A stretch of 64,000 nucleotides of DNA from Octopus bimaculoides (GCF_001194135.2 NC_068992.1:37609768-37673767); one strand, 5' to 3'. Numbered from the stretch's first letter, positions 48,815-62,391 are shown. Translations and numbers: made by a program. Notes: generated from the letters alone by a model not told the origin.

Positions 48815-49570
48815 TGCATGAGATGTAAAAGAGTCTTGACCTACTTACAACATTCTCAAAGAAAACAGGGTTGGAGTTTGGTCTGGATAAATGTTGCAAT
48901 ATGGTTGTGAAAAGAGGGAAAACTGGAAACCAGACTAGCAACATTTCTATCAATGAGATAACTGTTTCTCCTATATCTGATGAGGAATGTTATAAATATC
49001 TAGGGGTGGATGAAAACATATCTTACAATGGTATCTGTAACAAGACACATGTCACTAAAGACTATAACAAGTGGATAAAGAAAAAATGGTCCTTGGAACT
49101 CTTTGCATTCAATACAACAGTGGCTCACAATGTGTTTGCAATGCCATCCGAGCTATTGATGTGGAAACCTGGAAGATACTGACCAACACAAATAATTTTC
49201 ACATCAACAGTGATATAAAACAAAAACAAGGAGGCAGGAGCTTAACACCAATCCAGAGAGTCTTTCTATGTCATATCATATCCCTTGGACAGCATCTTTC
49301 AACCACCAAGTGTCGAAGTGCAACCCTTGAACAAGTTTGCATACATGAGACAGAAAACATCATGAGACTTGGAAAGCAGCTCCTTGAACAACATTCCTTG
49401 TCTGATTACCTTGAATACATGCCCAAAGAAGTTGCAGGACTTTACCATAGCACACCAGTCAGATGAATGTATATCAGCAGAAAAACATGTATAGATATGT
49501 TAGCACAAAGCTCCAGGATGATAATAACATTAACAATCAAAACAGTCTACCATGGGCCAACAACCAGATT
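48815..49570 (+). mobile_element. R4/Dong-clade fragment (RT C-terminus/thumb)
   Basis: MEFGLDKC, YKYLGVDE, AHNVFA; paralogous to 50580-51270. Confidence 0.85.
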
Positions 49571-49609
49571 ACTCTTACTTTGAAAAAGTTTTGCACACAT
49601 ACAGACATA

Positions 49610-49890
49610 CATGCAAAAATACCCTCTTGATGTTGAAATTTCTATGAAGAATCTAGGTTAGAAACCAGCTCTTTCTCTGTTGACAAGAAATCTTGACATA
49701 AAATTGAATAATGATATATTCATACATACATACATGCATGCATATGTACGTATATACATACATACATGCATACATACAAACCAAAATATCCTGTTGTTGA
49801 TATTGAAATTCCAATGAAGGAGCTTTAGGTCTAGGTTAGAAACTGGTTCTTTCTCTATTGGCAAGAAATCTTGAAATAAACTGAATACAT
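49610..49890 (+). repeat. Two tandem ~110-bp stubs of a hairpin-containing repeat (probable R4-family 3' UTR) separated by (CATA)n
   Basis: aaaaataccct..gttgaaatt.caatgaag..ggttagaaac..ttctttctct.ttg.caagaaatcttga at 49615 and 49784; third copy at 56715-56830. Confidence 0.7.
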
Positions 49891-50089
49891 GCATACATAC
49901 ATACATACATACATACATACATACATACACACACACTCATACATACATACATACATACATACCACACTGCTAGCTCTGGCAGAGACAAAATTGATCCCCA
50001 AATGCAGAACCACCCACATGGCAAAAAACTACTGGCTAACTGCATGCCAGAACTTAATGTATAAAATATATACAGCATGTTTAAACTTC

Positions 50090-52115
50090 TAATAATATCA
50101 TCACAGCAGAACAAGCAGCTGGGAAGAAGGGAGTCTGGGGATGTACCGAGCAATTGCTAATCAACAAAACTGTGATGTCAGAGGCGTGAGAGCATAAGAG
50201 GAACCTAGTTTCAATGTGGCTAGATTACAAGAAAGCCTTTGACACTGTTCCCCACTCATAGATACTAGAAGCCCTTCAACTGAAACCCTATTCCAGTGAG
50301 AATAGTCAAAGCCATAGCAGACCTGACTTTATCGTGAGCCACCATCTTGAAATTAAACACAAAGAGTGACTGTATTATCACTGATAGAATACAATATCGC
50401 AAAGGTATTTTTCAAGGAGACAGCCTCTCTGTGATGCTGTTTATACTTTCTGTAAACCTCTTGTCATTCATGTTAAGGAAGTCTGAAGGGTACCTCACTG
50501 ATTGACAAGGAAACAGAAATACCAAAATTACGCACTGTTTCTCTGTGGATGACTTAAAACTATGCAAAGAATACGCATGTGATGAAAAAGAGCCTTGAGC
50601 TAGTTGCAACATTCTCAAAGGATGTAGGGTTACAGTTTGGTCAGAATAAATGTTGTTATATGACTGTGAAAAGGAGGAAAACTATAAACCAGACTAGTAG
50701 CTTCTCAGTCAATGATTTGACTGTTTCCCCTGTATCTGATGAGGAATGTTACAGGTATCTAGGGGTAGATGAAAATATATCTTACAGTGGCACTTATAAC
50801 AAAACACGTGTCAGTATAGAATATTACAGTCAAATACAGAAAATTTGGACCTCAGAACTCTCTGCATTCAATAAAACAGTAGCCCACAATGTGTTTGCAG
50901 TGACAGTACTCATACCAACATGTGGGCTGCTTGATTGGATGCTTGATGAGATCCGAGCCATTGATGTGAAAACCCGAAGAATACTAACAAGCACTCATAA
51001 TTTCCACATAAACAAGGCAGCAGAGGCTTAACATTGATCCAAAATGCCTTTGGCAACATCTTTTAACCACCAAGCATCGAAGTGCATCCTTTGACCAAGT
51101 TTGCATACATGAAGTCAATAACATCATAAGACTTGGAAGGCAACTTCTTGAGCAACACTTTTTGTCTGATAACCTAGGATACATGCCCAAAGAAGTCACA
51201 TAACTCCACTGCAACATATCATCAGATGAAAGGATGAGCCTATATGAGCAGAATACAATGCATGGCTATGTTAGTAGAAAGCTCCGTGATAATAGTAACA
51301 TCAATCATCAAAGCAGTTTATCATGGACCAACAGCTGGATCATGACCTCCCACATTGAAGGGTATGCATTTGCAATCCAGGAACAGGAAATATCAACCAA
51401 GTACCTGATGCACAAAAGGGATAGAGATGTGGGAAAAGCAAGAAAATGTGACAATCAATGCAGACTTTGTGGAGTTAACACTGAAGATATCACCCACATC
51501 ATAAGCAGTTGTCCGAAACTGTCATCATGGTATTATCTACCGATGAGACATGATGTTGTAGCTAGGACATTCTATAATGAAACCCGTCGGAAGGATAATC
51601 CCGAGGACAAAGAAATAAAAACCCACAATATGGTAGAAACCATAGTCACTCATAATAAAGAGTACTGGTGGAATGTCCCAGTGAAGACATCAATAAAATG
51701 TAAGCACAACAGACCTGATATAATGATTTGGGATAGAGAAGAGAAACTGTGCATAGTTGTAGAAATTAGCTGCCCAGCAGATGTTAACATAAAGCTGAAG
51801 ATCAGTGAAAAAGAGAACACCTATGCTGAACTATTGAGAAATGTACAGTTACTCTATCCAGATTACAAGTTCAGGTTTATACCTGTAATTATTGGGGCCC
51901 TGGTATATGTAAAACACTGCCTAAATACCAACCTTGAGAAATTAGGCTTCTCAAAACCAGAAAGGAGAAAGCTAATTCAGAGGCTACAGATCCAATCCAT
52001 CACTGGAACTGTAAAAATCTGTAAAACTTACCAGAAGTTTATCATTTAAAATTATATAAGAGCATATCTCGATATGTCTAGATACATGAAACATACAAAT
52101 CTGCACATACATACT
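50090..52115 (+). mobile_element. R4/Dong-clade retrotransposon 3' half: RT, CCHC finger, restriction-like endonuclease
   Basis: WLDYKKAFDTVPH, GIFQGDSLS, DDLKL, CRLC..EDITHIISSC, RHD, NRPDIMIWD..VVEISCP..EKENTY; stop at 52049. Confidence 0.93.
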
Positions 52116-52119
52116 TGGT

Positions 52120-53340
52120 GGTGGTTGTCTACTCCTTACGCAGAGTTTGACCACCTCCTGTATCTACACCTTAGTACCATAATGGTATCTCATGTGGGTT
52201 TTTAAACCACGCAATGTTCTGAAAAGACACCCACATAGATTGCACATCCGATTTGAACCACCAAGAGCTGCAGATAAGTTCTGATACTTGTAGATCTTAA
52301 AATGTCTTTTGAGGCCTCCGTTAGATTTGCAAACTTTCTGGCATACACTGCATTCAAAGGTGTGCACAGACATATAGGCAGAATAGTTGGTGGAGGTTGG
52401 TTTTCCATGGGTTTGCAAATGAGATTTGATCCCAGCAAAAGACAGGCATTGTCTGTCACACACTGTGCACACAAAAAGGTCATTGTCATTCACCTTCTCA
52501 GTCGTAACATTCTTCCTTAGAACTCTTTTGAGTCTTCCATACATTATCCTGGCCTCTTCAAATGCTTTCACTCCACTCCACACTTTTGTTCACCATCCAA
52601 CTCAATCCAAAGCAAAGGTTTCTATGTCTTCTGGATCCATTCCAAGTGACTTCATAGTAGTCCTTATGCTATCTTTATACCTTTTTTTTATGCTGTTTTG
52701 AAACCTTTTTATAGGTTTACGCCGATAGCATTTCCCCTCTGCAAGCTCACCATAAAACAGCTGTTTCAGCATGCATTCAGCCACCATTCGAACAATATGG
52801 TCACACCATCTCATTTGGTTCCTCAAAATCATAGCTTTAATTGAGGTGATGCCTGCAGAAGCAAAGACATCTGTGTTTGGAGTAAAAGAGCTCCATATAA
52901 TGTTTAAAATGCGATGAAGGCATTTTTTGTTGAATTGTTCTAACAATTTAAAATGCCTTTCATAACAAGTCCAAGTTTCACAGGAATACAACAGGGATAG
53001 TAAGACAAATGATTTGTAAAGATCCAGCTTTGTAGTCTTATTTATATGTTGCTGGCACCAAATGCGTGACTCCAAGCCACCAAATGTTTTTGCTGTGCGT
53101 TGAATTTGCAGATGTATTTCTGTATCAGGATTTCCAACATTTTGTACAGAGCTTCCAAAGTAGATGAACAAATCAACAACATCAAGTAACTTACCCTTAA
53201 CAAAAATTTTAGGTGGGGTTACAAACAGCACCACACACAGGTTGATGCATTACAACTGTTTTTTATTTTCAAGTTGATGGTCAAGCCAAAACCATCACAA
53301 GCTGAGTCAAATGCAGATACAAGAGATTGCAGACCTGTTT
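52120..53340 (-). mobile_element. 5'-truncated RTE LINE ending in three C2H2 zinc fingers
   Basis: FIYFGSSV, LLYSCETW, KQLFYGEL; CTVC..SHLQTH, CSVC..KRHFKIY, CNLC..KTHMRYH. Confidence 0.9.
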
Positions 53341-53405
53341 CAGAATGACTAACAAGATCACTATCATCAGCATATATATGTCAGCAATTGTCAGCATATA
53401 TATCC

Positions 53406-56400
53406 CAGGTGGCTCTTGGGTGCTACTGATAACATGTAATCCAGTACAACCTGTCACATGGTTCGGCCATCAGAGACTAAACTGGCAACCCCACCAGGTT
53501 TGCTTGGTGAGGAGGGTGTTGTTGGACACCCTGTGGGATGAAAAATAAGACCCATCAAAGGGTGAAGGAACTCCTAAACAGTCAACGGCTATCCATCAAA
53601 ATACCTGTAAATATGTATACAGCTTTTGTTGTTTTTTCTTATATGTATATATATATACATTTTTACCTTTATATATATAATATTTATATTTAAATCTTAT
53701 TTTATATTTTTCAATTGCATGTCTTTTACTTCTTTTTATATTTATATATATTATTTATATTTAATTCTTATTTAATTCTTATTCACACATTTACCTTTCT
53801 TTTATATGCATATATATGTATATTTTTACTTTTATATACATATTTATATTTATTGCATATCTTTTTACATTTTTATACTTATATATATTATTTATATTTA
53901 ATTCTTATTTACATTTGCAAATCACATATTGTACTGTTTTTTTATGTATGAATGAGCTACTCTGCATCAGTCACCGGAGTGATATTTGATCACTTTATAG
54001 AGTGTTTGAGTGTCAGTTTGGTGTCTGGAATGGGATAGCTTACCTCATGGGTAGGTAGAAGCTCTTGAACCTTGGTTGGTAATCTACCTAGGAGAAGGAA
54101 ATCTCTGAAATAAAACCTGAGGTCTTGAAAGTTCCTGGTTTTTGTCAATTTTCATGTCATACTGGCGAAAGTTTTCTTGGGCCAATAGGTGGGGGTAATG
54201 CAGTGCAAGCTAGACCACTGAAAATTCTTCATCTGCACAGGTACAGCCTGTACACCAAATCTTAGTAAAATCATTGAATTGGTTGGTTGACAGAAACCTA
54301 AAAATGCACTTGTAACTTACTGTAAAATGTTTCAAACAGATTCAGTAAATGGCAAAAAAGGCTTGAGAACGTCAGGGGAACAGGTCTGGCCAGGCAGGTG
54401 TCCCAGTGTATCACAGGCTGGACCCGGTCGTCATCCTGCCACTGTGGTCAAACAATCTCCAAGAAAAAGTAAAAATAAACATTCTTTGAATCTTGACTGT
54501 TGGAATGTGTGCACACTTCTTGATGATAATTTCAACAAGAGACCAGACAGGTGTACTGCACTTATTGCTTATGAGCTTCAGAAATATTCCCTTGATATAG
54601 TTGTGCTCTCTGAAACTCATCTCTCTGGTGAGGGTCAAGTAAATGAACCTACTTATAGATATACTATCTTTTAGTGAGGCCTACCTAAGGGTCAGTGTAG
54701 AGAATCTGGTATTGGGTTTGCTCTCAAGAATATATTAGTGTCCTCCCTTGCAGAGCTTCCAAGTGGTATATCTGAACGAATCATGTCATGCCATATTAAA
54801 CTGACAAAAAGTAGGTTTCTTACCATTGTCAGTATTTATGCACCAACAATGTCCCATTCTGATGAAACTGTACAACAATTTTATGATGATCTAGCATGAT
54901 TATTGAGGAAAGTACCAATTTCTGACAAGCTGGTCATATTGGGAGATTTCAATGCAAGAGTTGGAAAGGACTATGTTTCATGGCCTGTTTTAGGTTGACA
55001 TGGGATTGGAAAATGTAATAAAAATGGAGTAGCTCTTTTGATGTTTTGTACTGAGAATAATCTGGTTGTCACCAACACTCTGTTTAAGCAGAAAAATAAA
55101 TATAAAACCACTTGGATGCACCCAAGATCTAAGCACTGGCATCTCATAGATTATATTCTGATCAGAAAATGTGATATGAAAGACATTTCTANNNNNNNNN
55201 NNNNNNNNNNNNNNNNNNNNNNNNNNNNNNNNNNNNNNNNNNNNNNNNNNNNNNNNNNNNNNNNNNNNNNNNNNNNNNNNNNNNNNNNNNNNNNNNNNNN
55301 NNNNNNNNNNNNNNNNNNNNNNNNNNNNATGTTGCAAACTTTAAATTATCGAGCAACTTACAAAGATTCCATGATGCTATAGAAAGTATCAATCTTGACC
55401 CAAACAATCTATGGGAAGATTTCAAAACAAAAGTATTTCAGGCTGCAAGTTTGTCAGTGGGATTTAAATCACGTCAGTCCAGTGACTGGTTCTCAGATAG
55501 ATCAGCAGAAATTCATGATCTACTTTCAGAAAAAAAAAACTTAGCCAATACTCCTTTCTCAGTCCTTGAACCCCAACTCAAACGAAGCTTACAGAAAGTT
55601 GAAAAGGAAAGTGCAGACTGCTCTAAGGAAAATTAAACAGGAATAGTGGAATAATAGAGCAAAAGGAGCATGCAGCTGATAGAAATGATGCCAAGGGTTT
55701 GTACTCTTATGTTAAGGAGCTATATGGCCTAAAATCTTCTTCAATAGCTCCAGTGAGAAAAGCAAATGGACGTTTGCTTCTAACTGACACCACTTCTATT
55801 CATAAGTGCTGGGTAGAACATTTTTCTGCACTCTTGAATAGACCATCATCTGCTGACATGAGGAAGATAGAAAAAATCGAACACCTTCCAGTTATAGAAG
55901 AGATGGCATTTGAACCAAACTCTAAATGACGTTTATTTAGCTGTGAATAAGCTGAATAACAATAAGTCTCCAGGGTCTGATGGAATCTGTGCAGAAGTCT
56001 TGAAATATGGGGGTGATAAAATGTGTGAACTCTTAAATATATTAATTTGTTACTGTTGGAGAACTGAGAAAGTGCTCAAAACCGGGTTAATGCCATTTTA
56101 GTCTCCTTGTATAAATCGGTGTCAAAGGATCTGTGTAGTAATTTTCGTGGGATTTTGCATTTGTCTGTGGTTGGAAAGGTACTTGCCTGCATTTTGTTAG
56201 AACGTTTAAATACCTTCATAGTTCTAAATATAGTGTCTGAGTCTCAGTGTGGTTTTCATTCCTCCAGGGGCACAGCTAATTGTATCTTTACTGTCAGACA
56301 GTTACAAGAAAAGTGCATTGAACAGAATCTTGTTCTATATAATTGCTTTGTTGATTTGAGCAAAGCATTCGATACTGTTAATCAAAATGCTCTGTGAATA

Positions 56401-56695
56401 ATTCTAAGGAAAATAGGTTGCCCAGATAAATTTGCAAACATAATCAGGGATTTGCATCAAGATATGAAAGCTAGAGTTAACTTTGGTGGTAGGCTCTCTG
56501 AATCTTTTGCTGTGGAAAATGGAGTAAAGCAAGGAGAACTTGATGCACCCACCCTTCTAGCAATATACTTAGCTGTTGTGTTGTCACGTGCTTTTCAAAA
56601 TTCTGAGGAGGGTATTTACATAAAATATCGAACAACAGGGAATATTTTTAATCTGACCAGACTGATATTCAAAACGAATATTAGGGAACTTTTGT
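53406..56695 (+). mobile_element. RTE LINE from the 5' leader through part of the RT, with an AT-rich insertion at ~53600-53950
   Basis: CWNVCTL, VLSETHL, LGDFNARVG, TTWMHPRSKHWHLIDY, ESQCGF, FVDLSKAFDTV, GVKQG. Confidence 0.9.
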
Positions 56696-56865
56696 ACATA
56701 CATACATCCATACAAACAAACAAAAATACCCTGTTGTTGATGTTGAAATGCCAATGAAGGAACCTTCGATCTTGGATAGAAACCGGTTCTTTCCCTATTG
56801 GCAAGAAATTTTTAAACTGACTGACTGATTGACTGACATACATACATACATACATACATACATGA

Positions 56866-59800
56866 TGGCCATCCACTCATGACCGAGGAAGACCATTGCC
56901 AACCTTCAGGAACATTCTGCGCTCTAGTACTAACTTACATTTTGCATTTCGTTGGTGGCTAATGAGCCCTGCTCTTGATAAGCATACATGACTGCAAACA
57001 TTGCAGATTAAGCTTTCCCCATTCACTATACGAGCCGTGCACTTTCGCGCAGCTCGCTTAAATTCTTCATGCTGGATACGTGCTCTCTCAAAAGTGTTGA
57101 TTCCCTCCTTAACCTGCTTCCATCTGTGGCGATGACAGGCATTGTTCTCCCAGTCAGTGTCCTGCATATCACAGGCCTTTAATGAGGACTTGACACAGTC
57201 CTTAAAGCGCAGCCTTGGTTTCTGCCGGAGTCTCCTTTCATTCACAAGTTCTCCATAGAGCATCTGCTTAGGNNNNNNNNNNNNNNNNNNNNNNNNNNNN
57301 NNNNNNNNNNNNNNNNNNNNNNNNNNNNNNNNNNNNNNNNNNNNNNNNNNNNNNNNNNNNNNNNNNNNNNNNNNNNNNNNNNNNNNNNNNNNNNNNNNNN
57401 NNNNNNNNNNNNNNNNNNNNNNNNNNNNNNNNNNNNNNNNNNNNNNNNNNNNNNNNNNNNNNNNNNNNNNNNNNNNNNNNNNNNNNNNNNNNNNNNNNNN
57501 NNNNNNNNNNNNNNNNNNNNNNNNNNNNNNNNNNNNNNNNNNNNNNNNNNNNNNNNNNNNNNNNNNNNNNNNNNNNNNNNNNNNNNNNNNNNNNNNNNNN
57601 NNNNNNNNNNNNNNNNNNNNNNNNNNNNNNNNNNNNNNNNNNNNNNNNNNNNNNNNNNNNNNNNNNNNNNNNNNNNNNGGGACCAGACACGAGACTGAAG
57701 AGACCGGAAGGAATTAGTTGCTCTCTGCAACCTGAAACATATTTCCTCATCCAGGGAGCAAGAATGGCTGAGTGTGCTGCCCAGGTAGACAAACTTATCT
57801 ACTACCTTCAGAATTGTTCCTTCAACCAAGATAGCTGGTTTCACATATGGATTTCCTGGTGCAGGCTGGAACATTACAACAGTCTTGTCCAGGCTAATGC
57901 CAAGTCCAAATGCCTTGCAAGAAGCAGAAATGCAATTCATGAGTATTTGCATGTCATCCACTGTATGAGTGACTAAGTCACAGTCATCTGCATAAAGGAG
58001 GTCACGAATAATAGACTGGAGAACCTTTGAATTGGCAGCAAACCAGCGAAGATTAAAGAGGCGGCCAGAAGATCGATATCTGACATAAATTGCCAGAGAG
58101 CTAACCTTAACAAAAGCATGAGTAAAAGCAGCAGCAAAGTACAAAGAAAAGAGAGTTGGGGCAAGGATGTCACCCTGCTTGACACCATTCTCTACAGGAA
58201 TGGGTCCCGCCATGCCACCGCCAACATTGATCCAAGCCTCCATCCCATCATGAAATGATTTAATTATAGATATAAAGTGATCTGGACATCCAAGTTTGCC
58301 AAGTATTTTCCATAGAAAGGCCCTATTTACAGTATCAAAGGCCTTTGTTAAATCAATGAATACCTGGACAAGATCCNNNNNNNNNNNNNNNNNNNNNNNN
58401 NNNNNNNNNNNNNNNNNNNNNNNNNNNNNNNNNNNNNNNNNNNNNNNNNNNNNNNNNNNNNNNNNNNNNNNNNNNNNNNNNNNNNNNNNNNNNNNNNNNN
58501 NNNNNNNNNNNNNNNNNNNNNNNNNNNNNNNNNNNNNNNNNNNNNNNNNNNNNNNNNNNNNNNNNNNNNNNNNNNNNNNNNNNNNNNNNNNNNNNNNNNN
58601 NNNNNNNNNNNNNNNNNNNNNNNNNNNNNNNNNNNNNNNNNNNNNNNNNNNNNNNNNNNNNNNNNNNNNNNNNNNNNNNNNNNNNNNNNNNNNNNNNNNN
58701 NNNNNNNNNNNNNNNNNNNNNNNNNNNNNNNNNNNNNNNNNNNNNNNNNNNNNNNNNNNNNNNNNNNNNNNNNNNNNNNNNNNNNNNNNNNNNNNNNNNN
58801 NNNNNNNNNNNNNNNNNNNNNNNNNNNNNNNNNNNNNNNNNNNNNNNNNNNNNNNNNNNNNNNNNNNNNNNNNNNNNNNNNNNNNATGTCATTACTTCAT
58901 CTATTGAGGGCGAAGAGTCTAAGGAGCCAATGATAGGTCTTTGTTGCATAGTATCAATCATTGTTTCATCCACAATTGACTCATGGTTTAGGAGTTCAGA
59001 GAAGTGTTCGATCCAGCGACCTGTGATTTCTGTTAATTTAGTAAACAGGGTGGAAGACTCCTTGGAAAGCAAAGGAGCTGATGTGGAGCTCTTAGGTCCA
59101 TAAGCTCGCTTCATAAGATGGTAAAGCTTGTTGCTGTCATTTGCATCAGCAGCAGCCTGAACATCACAAGCAAGATCCTCCCACCAAGTGTTCTGCATCT
59201 TCCTGAGAGATCGCTGCAATAGTGATTTTACAGTGTTATAGTGGGCAAGTGCTAGACTTCGCTGCACAGTACACAGTTCTCTGTGTAGCAATATACTGTG
59301 AGCATGGCGCTTTACCACCAACAGTCGCTGAACTTCAGCATCATTCTCGTCAAACCAGTCTCTGTGTCCGGCAGTAACATATCCCAGGGTTTCGGCTGCA
59401 CATTGTAGAATGTGGTCTCGAAAATCCTCCCATGCTGCAGCAGTTTCAATGCTGGACAAGCGAGTCTGAAGTTCTTTCCTAACCACAACATCATATACCT
59501 TGTGGACATTTAGACGGCGAGGAATGCTGACTGGTCCTCTTCTCTCTTTTACTCTAATTACCATTCGGAACTTTGCTCGCACCAGACTGTGGTCTGTCCA
59601 GCATTCTGATCCAGCATTCTGATCAATGTCGCGCTTGCGGATGATGACATAATCCAGCAAGTGCCAAACTTTGGACCTTGGGTGCATCCATGTTGTTGTG
59701 TGATCACCTTTGTGCATAAAATGAGTGCTTGCGATGTAAAGTCCATGTTCTTCGCAAAGCTCCAGTAGCATGAGACCATTGCTATTCATTTTCCCTACTC

Positions 59801-61100
59801 CAAAATGTCCTAGAGAGTTCCATATTTGCCAGTCTGTTCCAACTCTGGCATTAAAATACCCCAGTAGAATGACTTTATCAGAATTGGTAATTTTTCTAAG
59901 TATGGCTCTCAGCTGGGTATAAAACATTGTTTTATCTTCATCACAGCTAGTCAAAGTAGGTGCATAAGCACTTATTAGAGTAGCAAACTGCCTACCTTTC
60001 AAGTGCAACCGTAGCGTCATTATACGTTCATTTATAGGAACAGGGAGCTCTTCCAACTTCTTAAGGNNNNNNNNNNNNNNNNNNNNNNNNNNNNNNNNNN
60101 NNNNNNNNNNNNNNNNNNNNNNNNNNNNNNNNNNNNNNNNNNNNNNNNNNNNNNNNNNNNNNNNNNNNNNNNNNNNNNNNNNNNNNNNNNNNNNNNNNNN
60201 NNNNNNNNNNNNNNNNNNNNNNNNNNNNNNNNNNNNNNNNNNNNNNNNNNNNNNNNNNNNNNNNNNNNNNNNNNNNNNNNNNNNNNNNNNNNNNNNNNNN
60301 NNNNNNNNNNNNNNNNNNNNNNNNNNNNNNNNNNNNNNNNNNNNNNNNNNNNNNNNNNNNNNNNNNNNNNNNNNNNNNNNNNNNNNNNNNNNNNNNNNNN
60401 NNNNNNNNNNNNNNNNNNNNNNNNNNNNNNNNNNNNNNNNNNNNNNNNNNNNNNNNNNNNNNNNNNNNNNNNNNNNNNNNNNNNNNNNNNNNNNNNNNNN
60501 NNNNNNNNNNNNNNNNNNNNNNNNNNNNNNNNNNNNNNNNNNNNNNNNNNNNNNNNNNNNNNNNNNNNNNNNNNNNNNNNNNNNNNNNNNNNNNNNNNNN
60601 NNNNNNNNNNNNNNNNNNNNNNNNNNNNNNNNNNNNNNNNNNNNNNNNNNNNNNNNNNNNNNNNNNNNNNNNNNNNNNNNNNNNNNNNNNNNNNNNNNNN
60701 NNNNNNNNNNNNNNNNNNNNNNNNNNNNNNNNNNNNNNNNNNNNNNNNNNNNNNNNNNNNNNNNNNNNNNNNNNNNNNNNNNNNNNNNNNNNNNNNNNNN
60801 NNNNNNNNNNNNNNNNNNNNNNNNNNNNNNNNNNNNNNNNNNNNNNNNNNNNNNNNNNNNNNNNNNNNNNNNNNNNNNNNNNNNNNNNNNNNNNNNNNNN
60901 NNNNNNNNNNNNNNNNNNNNNNNNNNNNNNNNNNNNNNNNNNNNNNNNNNNNNNNNNNNNNNNNNNNNNNNNGCAAGCATCCTCACCAGGGTAGCCTGGT
61001 GGGGGTGCCAGTTTAGTCGCCGGCAACCCGACCATGCAACAGGTTGTACTGGATTACATGTTACCAGTAGCACTTATGAGAGCCTCATACGTGACCTGAC
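56866..61100 (-). mobile_element. Near full-length RTE LINE (three assembly gaps) with one C-terminal C2H2-like finger
   Basis: ISAYAPT, TTWMHPRSKVWHLLDY, CWTDHSLV, GVKQGDILAPTLF, LLYADDC, FVYLGSTL, CNVC..GLISHQR. Confidence 0.92.
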
Positions 61101-61408
61101 ACATGCGAGGGCACGGTGTAGGCGAAACCGCAACAGGGACACCCGACGCCGGAGGGACTGCGCGTCGAAGCCGTCCCCCATTGACCGAAGGCGTGACTGC
61201 ACACCAGCGTGGAGCAGGTTGCCCGCCACCGCGGAAGGCGGCGCGACGACGGCCGGAAAGGCGCCCGGGATGCCAAGTCCGACACCAACGCTACAGCCCT
61301 GTACAGGACCGCCGCTTTGCATGTAGACGTGTTCCGGCGCCCGGCGCGATGCTGAACAAACAGCGACGCGACTGCGCACGCGGGAGCGCGGCGACACACA
61401 CGGCCCGA
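61101..61408 (-). other. GC/CpG-rich island abutting the RTE 5' end, with possible degenerate C2H2 finger codons
   Basis: Very CpG-dense in an AT-rich background. Frame 61085-61411 gives CSTLVCSHAF and CPCCGFAYTVPSHVSGHV*GSH. Confidence 0.45.
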
Positions 61409-61499
61409 CATACATACATATATAAGTGTATGTATTTGTATACACTTATATCATATGAAGCACCACCATACTTTTTATGGGTAGGCACTAAAATAATTA

Positions 61500-62310
61500 A
61501 TCCAGCCCATAGCTTTGAGAGTTAATACCTTGATAACATTTTTGGACAGCTGCTAATCATACATAACATTTTCTATAGAAATGTGACATAATAGACATTT
61601 TTGGTTACATTTGGGGTCTCCAAGTGCTTCATTATCTCTTTTGTTTATTAGTATTTTGTAGCAATCTCTTGCATTTGGATTGCAAATGCATAGCCTTCAA
61701 AGTGTGGGATGATGTAGTAGTCACAAGTTCAAGAAAGGCTGCACTTCATATCGATATTAATGTCATCTTTAAGTCTTGAGGAAACATACCAATGTATAAT
61801 CATTTTTTTTTTTTTGGTATGTTGAGACTTTCACATTCAAATCTTCTTTGGGGTTGTATGCAAGGTTGTCAGGAAGAAAGTATAGTTGTCACATAGGATG
61901 TTGTTCTTTTTTCAGCACTAGCTCTATATATTTATTTTTACTGCTGTTGTTTAGCAGGTATTGTCTGAGAGACACTATACAACATTCAAAGGTTGTCTGC
62001 ACTGATCTAAAGCTTCTACCTCCTTCATCTCTTCTAAGGTAGAACTTGTCAATATCACTATTTCTGTGAAAGTTTCCAACTGATGTCAGGATCTTGTAGG
62101 TTTTAATGTCTATGGAGTAGATTTCTCTGCAGTCAGGTTGAGGTATCCCAAATATTAGTATCAGTACTAGTACTGCAAATGCATAGTGGGATTTGACTTG
62201 TTGTAAGAGGAGAGTTCTTACTGCCATATTTTTCTAAGTCTAGTGTAATATTTTCAAGTCACTGTATCCTTGTACACAACACCATATGATTTGTAGCATT
62301 CTTTGTGTGC
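61500..62310 (-). mobile_element. R4/Dong-clade fragment
   Basis: HFEGYAFAIQMQEIATKY; NFHRNSDIDKFYLRRDEGGR. Confidence 0.8.
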
Positions 62311-62391
62311 AACAGGGAGATTCTGGGTTTGGAAGACTGATTTTTCTTGCTCGTTAATCAAATATGAACAAATCTATGTATATATGTATAT

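Noticed and set aside
56745-56800. Hammerhead-like look of CCAATGAAG..GAAACCGGT in the repeated stub
   Set aside because: The core is CCAATGA in two copies and CTATGA-like in the third, stem I cannot form, and a 9+5-bp simple hairpin explains the sequence better.
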